Origin: an uncultured virus (IMG/VR IMGVR_UViG_3300042695_001232)
Taxonomy: Duplodnaviria; Heunggongvirae; Uroviricota; Caudoviricetes
Direction: 5' to 3' (one strand)
Length of the DNA stretch: 20,000 bases
IMG/VR virus record: IMGVR_UViG_3300042695_001232
Shown here: piece after piece, positions 7,208 through 14,746 of the stretch
Position numbering within the stretch: position 1 is the stretch's first letter
Layout of the letters: each line of letters begins with the position of its first letter
Position numbers and translations under genes: made by a program
The notes under the pieces: model-generated
Databases searched by the model: none
Seen by the model: only the letters and a program-made list of their open reading frames with translations
Told to the model about the DNA's origin: nothing

Positions 7208-8995
7208 TTATTTTCGTGTCCATTCAAACTTAAAGTGTCCACAGTCCCATATGCGATCATAACCATTAATTTGCATGTTCTGCCATTCACTCAAACCACT
7301 ATCAAACTTTTCTAAGATTCTATTAAGCTTGTGTTTTTGAAAATGAGTTCTATTCATTGGAATACCGTTATTTTTATGAAAATAATGATAACCACAGGGA
7401 GTATTTTTCAACCTCCGCATACCCAACCTTTCGTAAACTTTTCCTGTAAATAAACGTTTATCGCTGTAAGTCACAACTGAACTCACATCATAATTTTTAA
7501 TAAAATGCGTGAATAACTTAGAAGATCCTCCCACAATATTTGTGTTTAACAAATTGCAATATCTAGATAGTTCGTATTGATATTTTTTATCGTATCTGGA
7601 TTTGACAAATGTCATTATAGAAACCAATGCGTTGTTATGATATAACCCTAATCGTACTGATGACGTATCATCTCCCTGTATATGATTGTCTTCCAAAAAG
7701 GTTGATTTATCTTCATTTGACACTTCTTTAACCACACATTTTCGTGCATAAACTTTCGCAGATTTACCCATCTTATTAATCAAAATACTTTTAATTATAG
7801 AGTTTTTGCACCGCCATTCCCAATCCCATATGTGCATCAATTGAATATTTTTATCAAGTGATAACTTAGTTTTGTTTAAATGATAGTGTTTATCTTTACC
7901 GCCAACAAGTTCACTATGCCAGTATATTCCGTTATATTCGATACCCAAATTTAAGTTTGGTATTAAAATATCAATTTCTTGTCCATTTAATGTATTTCTA
8001 TCATTCTCTATAATTTCAGCATCACAAATTGTTTTTATATAAGATAAAATTTCTTTTTCTTCACTTGAAATATTACTTGTTATTGGATTACAAATTCTGC
8101 AAATAGGCGAACTACCATTACACATATCATCTACAAAAATATTAGAACATCTTAAACATTCAAATTTATATTTTTTATATTCATTCACACCAACATATTC
8201 ATCTTCTGAAAATAAAAATTTAACAATTGATGAATATTTTTCTTCTAATCGTTTAAATGATTTTTTTAATAAAATATTTGAATATGACCCATATTTTTCT
8301 ATAGTTGTTTTTTTAGCTTTGTTACTAAAGTTTTTAGTGCCATATCTGTCTAATTTTGTTTTGTTTGCTTTATTACTAAAATCTAATGTACCATATTTAT
8401 CTAGTTTAGTCCGTTTTGATTTATCGTTTACATTTAAAGTACCGTACTTTTTTAATTTTGTTTTGTTTGCTTTATCACTAAAATCTAAAGTTCCATATTT
8501 ATTTAATTTTGTTTGTTTAGCAATCTCGTTATTATTAAAATATTCATGTCCATATTTATTTAATTTTGTTTTTTTAGATTTTTCTTGTACCTCTTTCAAC
8601 GAAAAAATACTTTCTACGCCGTATTTTTCTAAATTATTTTGAATTAATGTATTTTTTCGTTTGTCGTTTCTTTCACTTGATTTAGCATGAAACGTTTCAC
8701 ATTCAGGTGAACATAATTTTTTTCTTTTAGAACTTCTCGTAACTACAAAAGTAGTATTACAATAGATGCAATTTCTATTTTCTAAATTTGTTTTTTGTTG
8801 ATGCTTATTATGACACACAGTATTACAAAAAATTTTATTTTTAATTGTAGACTGTTTTCCTAATAGGACGTTGCAAAATTTACAAAAAATATCTGATGAA
8901 TTTACATACAAATTTTCACATATAATATTACAAAAAAAATTACTATGATTATCGCTCAATCTTTTTTTACATTGATTACATCTTTTATAAGGCAT
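7208..8995 (-). CDS. Free-standing Hef/Vsr-like (PD-D/ExK) putative homing endonuclease with N-terminal Zn-finger repeats, KYG repeats and a C-terminal GNAT-like domain, 595 aa
   Basis: Three CxxC...(F/L)CxxxC units; seven (K/R)YG repeats; CLRC...CRIC ribbon; S..EKE...EIDI.IP...GIEYNGIYWHS...YHLNKT...HIW nuclease; YARKC...NHIQG...LGL...MTF...ELSRYC...VGG.SKL...TYSD...G.VY..LG...IWDCG tail. Visibly more AT-rich than its neighbours. Confidence 0.75.
   Translation of the reverse strand: MPYKRCNQCKKRLSDNHSNFFCNIICENLYVNSSDIFCKFCNVLLGKQSTIKNKIFCNTVCHNKHQQKTNLENRNCIYCNTTFVVTRSSKRKKLCSPECETFHAKSSERNDKRKNTLIQNNLEKYGVESIFSLKEVQEKSKKTKLNKYGHEYFNNNEIAKQTKLNKYGTLDFSDKANKTKLKKYGTLNVNDKSKRTKLDKYGTLDFSNKANKTKLDRYGTKNFSNKAKKTTIEKYGSYSNILLKKSFKRLEEKYSSIVKFLFSEDEYVGVNEYKKYKFECLRCSNIFVDDMCNGSSPICRICNPITSNISSEEKEILSYIKTICDAEIIENDRNTLNGQEIDILIPNLNLGIEYNGIYWHSELVGGKDKHYHLNKTKLSLDKNIQLMHIWDWEWRCKNSIIKSILINKMGKSAKVYARKCVVKEVSNEDKSTFLEDNHIQGDDTSSVRLGLYHNNALVSIMTFVKSRYDKKYQYELSRYCNLLNTNIVGGSSKLFTHFIKNYDVSSVVTYSDKRLFTGKVYERLGMRRLKNTPCGYHYFHKNNGIPMNRTHFQKHKLNRILEKFDSGLSEWQNMQINGYDRIWDCGHFKFEWTRK
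8285..8640 (-). repeat. Coding tandem repeats of about 51 bp / 17 aa (K-x-K-x-T-K-L-x-K-Y-G-T-L-x-F-S-x)
   Basis: EKYG, NKYG, NKYG, KKYG, DKYG, DRYG, EKYG in the translation; the last units are spaced 17 aa apart. Confidence 0.85.
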
Positions 8996-9023
8996 ATATT
9001 GTCATGGTGTTACTATGATATAC

Positions 9024-9031
9024 TATAAATA
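9024..9031 (-). promoter_or_regulatory. TATTTATA motif upstream of the endonuclease gene
   Basis: Exact octamer 28 nt upstream of the ATG at 8995, downstream of the sheath terminator. Confidence 0.6.
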
Positions 9032-9070
9032 TAGTATAAAAAACTAGAATTGTAAAATTATTTTTTAAAT

Positions 9071-9103
9071 AAAAAAACCCCACCTATTTCTAGGTGAGGT
9101 TTT
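9071..9103 (-). terminator. Terminator hairpin after the tail sheath gene
   Basis: RNA AAAACCUCACCUA-GAAA-UAGGUGGGGUUUUUUU: GNRA loop, one G-U pair, U7 run. Confidence 0.88.
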
Positions 9104-9122
9104 GATTAATCGGTTACTTTAA

Positions 9123-12100
9123 TTAAGCACCGAACGATGCACCCGTAGGCAAGATGTTGAAATCAAGAATAATGAATTCAGCAGTCTTGGTTGGTTGTAG
9201 GAAGATTTGACCATAAAGGATATTTCTATCAATCAAATCAGGTGTATTATTTGTTTCATCCATCTTCACTTGGAAAGCGTACACACCACTACGTTGTTGA
9301 ACCTGTTCAAGGTAAGGATTTACAATACTCAAGAAACGGTTACGTGTATTTGCGACGTTCTGTTCGAAAATCAAGAAACGTGAACTTGAAGCAATAAACT
9401 TCTTCAAGTTGATCATCAAACGACGAACATTGATACGATCCAATGCACTTGGGGCAATTTGAAGAGTTTTTTGACCCCATACACAGATACCCTGACCGGG
9501 GAATGCTGCAATTGGGTTCACACGACCTTCATAGAGGGTATCACGTTCACCGTGTGTCAAACGATCCAACACTTGAACTGCTTGTGTAATACCACCACGG
9601 TTTAAACCAGCTGGAGCAAACCATTCAGCAGATGCTTTATCGTTTGCTGCGTAGATAGCAGGTAGAACAACTGATGGTGGAACACTAACAATCTTGTTCA
9701 AATTGGTATCAAGAATCTTGACCCATGGATAGTATGTAGCAACGTAACTGCTGTCAATTGTAGCAGCCACATTAATAGCAGCATCAATCAATCCAACGCT
9801 TTGATTGCTCTTAGGGAATACCACGTTATCCATGATATAGAAACAATCACCACGTGCTTCACACATATCAATTGTCAACTGTGCCACATAACTGTGGTGT
9901 TGATAGAAGATACCCGGAGTCACAATCAAGTTAATATCAAACTCGTCAGCATTACCTAGTGCACCAATACATTGTCTGTAAGCAATACTGCCTGGACTTG
10001 TAATACTAGTACAGTTCAAACCTTGCGTGTTGCCTGGAATGATATCAGATCCAACGTTGATTGGAATTGCTGGTGATTGACCATCAAATCCACCTTGGAA
10101 TCCAAGTATAAACTTACGCATCTTCACACGGGTTGATTCGTATGCAGCGTCATAAGTTGATGGAATACCAGCACTGTCGTTTTGAACATCTGGTTGTTTA
10201 GAACCAACTGGATTGTATGTATCACCTGTTTCAAGGTCAAATACAACATTGTTGCCAATTGAACTAAATCCTTCATAAGAAGGCAATGGAGCAAAGTATT
10301 GAATATTGTCGTTATATACACTGTATACACCAAGTGATGATGTAGGATACAATGCCAACAAATCATCAGCTGCACCAATTGGTGGTTCACCGAATACAAT
10401 ACCAGATGGATATCTACCCGGAGCAGTTGAATATGTTGATGCGCGACTGAATTGAACTGGTGGCAAATATCCACCGACGTTACCACCAAGTGGTGTAGCA
10501 AGAGCATCAAATCCGTAAGGAACTGCTGATATTGGATACACGTTCTCGGTCATTTCAATACGAATATTCTTACTCAAATTGGAATACGTACCAAACTCAA
10601 TAATCTTACCGGAGTAAGAAATATAGTTGTAACGATCACCAATACGACGAGCAATGAAGTTGCTGCTATCAGGATCAAGATTCAAGTTTTGGAAACGTTC
10701 CAAATACTTAGGATTCTTATCAGTATCACTAAACTTACGTACTGCCAATGTAAATGAACCATAATCACTACCAGTAACGGTACCAGCGAGTTTTACATCA
10801 CTGATTTCGATCTTGTATGACGTGTTCATATTGGTTCCGTCAGCAAGAGTGTGAACACGGAATAATGGGAAACGTTGTGGTTGTGCAGTTACATCTGATG
10901 TACCAGTAAATGGTGCAACTTGTTGTGAGTTAATCCAAGGTGTTGATGCCCACTTCAAACTAAAATCACTATCACCAGTTGTTGGTGCGTAACCGTAGTC
11001 GTCAGTAAACTTCATTGGATTACCATTAAAGGTAAGTTCATTTGCACCCCCAGATGGAACATATGGAGCTGAACTACCAACAATCAACCATCCATCAGAT
11101 GGATCTGTTGCTTCTTGAACAATACGTCCAATTGTATCCTTGAAGATCTTATATAAATAAGCAGCTTCAATCTTTTGACCAGCAACTTGTTTTGCTGGAT
11201 CACCAGCAGTTGGATCAGATCCAAACACGTTGGTAATATAATTAGAACTTGCTGGATCCAATGAGAATTCATAGATTCCGTAACTTCCACTTGTACCACC
11301 GATGTTATAACGCAAATCAAGAACAAAGTCTTGTGCGGTCGGATCAATACTACCACTGTACAATCCTGATGTTGCAATCTTCTTACTTAAAGCAGAACCC
11401 TCAAATCCATATACAACTTGTGCCAATTTGTTATTGGCATCAGATTGAATGGCTGCATTTTGTGTATTTGCCAATACAGCTAAAACTATAGACTCACGAG
11501 CAACACCATCATTACAAGGATCTCCACCAGAAACCGTAGTTTCAACAAATGAAGTGTATTTACCAAAACTACCGCTAATGTTACATGTCAATTGAATTTG
11601 AACACCACAGCTATTAGCTGGACGATATTTAGCAAAACTGATGTTATTGATAATAACTTCAGATGCGGTACCAGACACAGGGAAATCATCACTCAACTTA
11701 ACCAAACTGCTGCTTGTTGCCAAACTTCCAGAGAACTTTCCGGTTTGTTCAGCAAGAGCACGCAACAACTTAGCATCTGCACTAAGTGATCCGTCACCTT
11801 GATAACTTGAACTGATTTCAAAGTGCGCAGCATCAAATGTAAAATGTACATCACCGATGTAACGAGTGGTATATGTCTTGTTGCCTGGTGTTCCCGGTGG
11901 GTTGTACACTGAGAATGAACTGGTTTCAAAGTTTGCGTACAAACTACCAGTAATCGTCAATGTTTCAGTTGCACTAGAACTGACATATTGAATATTGACC
12001 ATGATATCATCAGGATCAAGAGCAATATATGATGAATCAGCAGTTCCCAAAGCGGTAAATGAACCACTTTCGGTGGCACGATTATAATAACCCGGAATTG

Positions 12101-12428
12101 CGTAAATCACAAACGGATTATCTTGTTCGTAACCTGTTAACGCACCTACACGACACACAGTCACAAGACCTTGTTCTTGTAGATATTGTTTAGCAGTGTA
12201 AGGACCGTAATATACTCCGTCCGCTACACCAAATTTTTCTTCTAACTCAGCAACGCTGGTGACAACTGTTGGAGCAAAACCCGGTCCCTTTGGAAAGGGA
12301 GCGACAATTGCTCCACCAATATCAGCAACACCCTGAGCGAGACCTGATAGGTCGTTTTCACGACTAAAAACGCCCGGACTCACTATTGGATTATGTGGAG
12401 TAAATGTACCCCCTTCTGTAATTGGCAT
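9123..12428 (-). CDS. Contractile tail sheath protein (T4 gp18-like) with large insertions, 1101 aa
   Basis: N-terminal SPGVFSRENDLS...KGP.F.P...FG; C-terminal GGFDG, YYPWV, PPS, WFAPAGLNRG, RD.LY...VNPI..FPGQG..VWGQKTLQ...SALDRINVRRL, FEQN...TR, DETNNTPD.ID.N.L.G.I..QP.KTAEFI.LDF. Confidence 0.96.
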   Translation of the reverse strand: MPITEGGTFTPHNPIVSPGVFSRENDLSGLAQGVADIGGAIVAPFPKGPGFAPTVVTSVAELEEKFGVADGVYYGPYTAKQYLQEQGLVTVCRVGALTGYEQDNPFVIYAIPGYYNRATESGSFTALGTADSSYIALDPDDIMVNIQYVSSSATETLTITGSLYANFETSSFSVYNPPGTPGNKTYTTRYIGDVHFTFDAAHFEISSSYQGDGSLSADAKLLRALAEQTGKFSGSLATSSSLVKLSDDFPVSGTASEVIINNISFAKYRPANSCGVQIQLTCNISGSFGKYTSFVETTVSGGDPCNDGVARESIVLAVLANTQNAAIQSDANNKLAQVVYGFEGSALSKKIATSGLYSGSIDPTAQDFVLDLRYNIGGTSGSYGIYEFSLDPASSNYITNVFGSDPTAGDPAKQVAGQKIEAAYLYKIFKDTIGRIVQEATDPSDGWLIVGSSAPYVPSGGANELTFNGNPMKFTDDYGYAPTTGDSDFSLKWASTPWINSQQVAPFTGTSDVTAQPQRFPLFRVHTLADGTNMNTSYKIEISDVKLAGTVTGSDYGSFTLAVRKFSDTDKNPKYLERFQNLNLDPDSSNFIARRIGDRYNYISYSGKIIEFGTYSNLSKNIRIEMTENVYPISAVPYGFDALATPLGGNVGGYLPPVQFSRASTYSTAPGRYPSGIVFGEPPIGAADDLLALYPTSSLGVYSVYNDNIQYFAPLPSYEGFSSIGNNVVFDLETGDTYNPVGSKQPDVQNDSAGIPSTYDAAYESTRVKMRKFILGFQGGFDGQSPAIPINVGSDIIPGNTQGLNCTSITSPGSIAYRQCIGALGNADEFDINLIVTPGIFYQHHSYVAQLTIDMCEARGDCFYIMDNVVFPKSNQSVGLIDAAINVAATIDSSYVATYYPWVKILDTNLNKIVSVPPSVVLPAIYAANDKASAEWFAPAGLNRGGITQAVQVLDRLTHGERDTLYEGRVNPIAAFPGQGICVWGQKTLQIAPSALDRINVRRLMINLKKFIASSSRFLIFEQNVANTRNRFLSIVNPYLEQVQQRSGVYAFQVKMDETNNTPDLIDRNILYGQIFLQPTKTAEFIILDFNILPTGASFGA

Positions 12429-12486
12429 ATGTTAAATTTCCTTTCAATTAGTTAAGTTGCATGAAAAACATACAAAAAACTCTAAA

Positions 12487-12494
12487 TATAAATA
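12487..12494 (-). promoter_or_regulatory. TATTTATA putative late-promoter motif upstream of the sheath gene
   Basis: The same octamer lies upstream of six other genes (3389, 4905, 5495, 6852, 7144, 9024). Confidence 0.65.
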
Positions 12495-12545
12495 TTTCTA
12501 AAAATTTGAAAGACAACATATTTATATTTTAAGTCTACTTTTTAA

Positions 12546-12632
12546 AGAAATGTCATATGCACACTCATACTGACGTTTAGTACCCTATAATATGGGTATT
12601 AAACATCTTCCCAATTAACCACTAAAACATAC
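12546..12632 (-). pseudogene. Decayed remnant of a heptosyltransferase C-terminus
   Basis: The intergenic DNA translates as VCFSG*...*GTKRQYECAYDIS, against VCHGCW...KGTDRQFECSKQIS in the adjacent intact gene. It contains stop codons and an apparent 1-nt deletion. Confidence 0.6.
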
Positions 12633-12647
12633 CCCAATCAATTGATT

Positions 12648-14744
12648 TCAAGAGGTGCGTATACTTTCAGTCTTAATAAGGTCATTGATTTTATCTATAA
12701 CCATTTGAGAACTAATTTGTTTAGAACACTCAAACTGTCTATCAGTACCCTTTTGTCGAGGGCACCAATTCCAATCACCCTTATCAAAATCACAATCATT
12801 CCAACAACCATGACACACGTCTTTGTTAATAACACGGTAAGGTGTATAAAACTCACTCTCTGGTAAACTAAATCCACTCACCAAAACCGTTGGCTTATTC
12901 AATGCCCATGACAACCATGATAACCCCGATCCAATTCCAACAAAGAATTCACAGTTATACAACAAATTTATAGTTTCGTGTATATCCTTTGCACCAGACT
13001 TGTTAATAATATTAGTAATATCATTCTTTTCTTCCAACTGAATCAACATTGGTTTCAAACCAATACTATTCAAATAATCACACATTTCCTGCCAACCAGT
13101 AGGATTATTCCAAAACTTAGCCTGCGAAGTAGAATGTGTGGCAAAACAAACATAACGATCTTCAACAAGACGATTCTTATTTCTAACAGAAATTTTTGGT
13201 TTAATGTCTGTATGATCAAGTCCCAATATCGAAGATGACAATTTCTGTAATGTAACCTCTTTATATGTATAAAATGAACGATGTTTATCAGGATAACAAC
13301 CAATTCGGTAAACGGCGTAAAAATCACCATGCCATTCTAATCCACAAAACTTAATGTCAGGATAATTGTCTTGAAACAATGTGCTCCAATTTGTTGCACA
13401 CGTGATATTGCACCCATGTTTCTTTCTAAACTCCTCTACATACGGAAACCAAGCAATACAATCACCCAATGATCGTGTATCCAAACAAATCAACACGTTT
13501 TTGTTTTTCAAATCTAACTTACTATCCAAAATTAATTTTGACCCCGAACTAATTTTAATGTTGTACGGAATAAAACGCTTCACAAAACACCGAGACCATT
13601 CATTTGATTTTAACGTGCCACCAAATAATGAAGTACCAGTATTTTCATCAACAAAATCAAAATCGTACTTAGTTGATGGATCGCCACCGTTTATAGAAAT
13701 ATAAGCTCCATCACAATAATCAATTGTGATCTTCGCACTCTGGTGTTGCTTGACATTCATAAGTGTTTGATCATAAACATCGTTCAGTTCGTTTTTCATA
13801 CGATATTCATCCACTTTTCTATACTCTTTGATCAAATCATCAACAACAAAGTTCCAATCATTCGATTTAGCATATGTTAACGCATCTCGTCGCAATTGCT
13901 GCCAGTTATTCATTACAGTAGATATTCCTTTATATACTGATTCAACATTACGTTCTATCTTAACCATGCCTGGCAAAGCATCAGTATCATATGTAGAAAC
14001 TACCGGAAGTGCACATGACATAGCTTCAACCAACGTCAAATTAGGATGACCGGCCTCAACTGACGATGGATGTAGAAAAATAGTATGATCACGATAAACT
14101 TCAACCAAATCTTTTTCGTTCAAATCATACAAAAATTTCACTTTGTCATACGGCTTGAAATCTTTGTTGGTTTCAAAAAACTCTTTATTAGCAGATGGAC
14201 CAGCAATAGTCAATTCAAGATCATGCTTACGAGCTGCCTCAATTGCATAAACAAACCCTTTACGGTCAAATGACATGTTTGCATGTAATCCGTTTCTTCC
14301 AACACACAACAACTTATGTTTTTTATTATTAGGATCACCCGGAGTAAAAAATGATGTGTTAGCACCATGACGCAAATACTTTACACGTCTACTATTAAAA
14401 TACGAAACCAAATGAGTGGCAGGAACAAAGGAAATTATAGACTTTTCCATCGCCTCACGATTCTGATTATATAATGCAGACTGATCACCATATACTTCAG
14501 TATGATGATCGTGCATGGTAAACACATAAGGAATTTTACGTTCATGTGCAAGTAAAGCCAAATTAGCAACATGAATATGAACTACATCATAGTTTTCAAC
14601 TTTAACATCATCCAAATATTTAATGTCACAAACATGACCCATTCTTTCCAATGATTGCTTATATTCCCATATAATCTTTTCTATAGCTCCCCAACCATTT
14701 GGTGGTATCGATATCAATCCCGGTGTAACTTGACAAATTCTCAT
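12648..14744 (-). CDS. Fusion glycosyltransferase, 698 aa: N-terminal GT4 (GT-B) domain plus C-terminal Aah/TibC-like autotransporter O-heptosyltransferase domain
   Basis: GT4: IPPNGWGAIEKII, CVGR...KG, PSSVEAGHPNLTLVEAMSCALPVV. Heptosyltransferase: SLGDCIAWFPYVEEFRKKH.C, STSQAKFWNNPTGW, FFVGIGSGLSWLSWA...V.VSGFS.P.SEF.TPYRVIN..VCHGCWND...WCPR.KGT.RQFECSK.I. Confidence 0.88.
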   Translation of the reverse strand: MRICQVTPGLISIPPNGWGAIEKIIWEYKQSLERMGHVCDIKYLDDVKVENYDVVHIHVANLALLAHERKIPYVFTMHDHHTEVYGDQSALYNQNREAMEKSIISFVPATHLVSYFNSRRVKYLRHGANTSFFTPGDPNNKKHKLLCVGRNGLHANMSFDRKGFVYAIEAARKHDLELTIAGPSANKEFFETNKDFKPYDKVKFLYDLNEKDLVEVYRDHTIFLHPSSVEAGHPNLTLVEAMSCALPVVSTYDTDALPGMVKIERNVESVYKGISTVMNNWQQLRRDALTYAKSNDWNFVVDDLIKEYRKVDEYRMKNELNDVYDQTLMNVKQHQSAKITIDYCDGAYISINGGDPSTKYDFDFVDENTGTSLFGGTLKSNEWSRCFVKRFIPYNIKISSGSKLILDSKLDLKNKNVLICLDTRSLGDCIAWFPYVEEFRKKHGCNITCATNWSTLFQDNYPDIKFCGLEWHGDFYAVYRIGCYPDKHRSFYTYKEVTLQKLSSSILGLDHTDIKPKISVRNKNRLVEDRYVCFATHSTSQAKFWNNPTGWQEMCDYLNSIGLKPMLIQLEEKNDITNIINKSGAKDIHETINLLYNCEFFVGIGSGLSWLSWALNKPTVLVSGFSLPESEFYTPYRVINKDVCHGCWNDCDFDKGDWNWCPRQKGTDRQFECSKQISSQMVIDKINDLIKTESIRTS

Positions 14745-14746
14745 AT

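Noticed and set aside
7174..9103. IS element with terminal inverted repeats
   Set aside because: No DDE or HUH transposase motifs and no clear target-site duplication; the repeats are terminator-like hairpins, so it is reported as a cassette instead.
546..12428. Bacterial contractile injection system or tailocin rather than a phage
   Set aside because: A free-standing endonuclease, per-gene late-promoter motifs, SD-poor leaders and phage-type accessory enzymes fit a large lytic phage better, although no capsid gene is in view.
12581..12598. Small inverted repeat TACCC-N8-GGGTA
   Set aside because: Only a 5-bp core, and the region is better explained as a pseudogene remnant.
12546..12820. 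Diversity-generating retroelement TR/VR pair
   Set aside because: Mismatches are not confined to adenines and there is no reverse transcriptase in the window.
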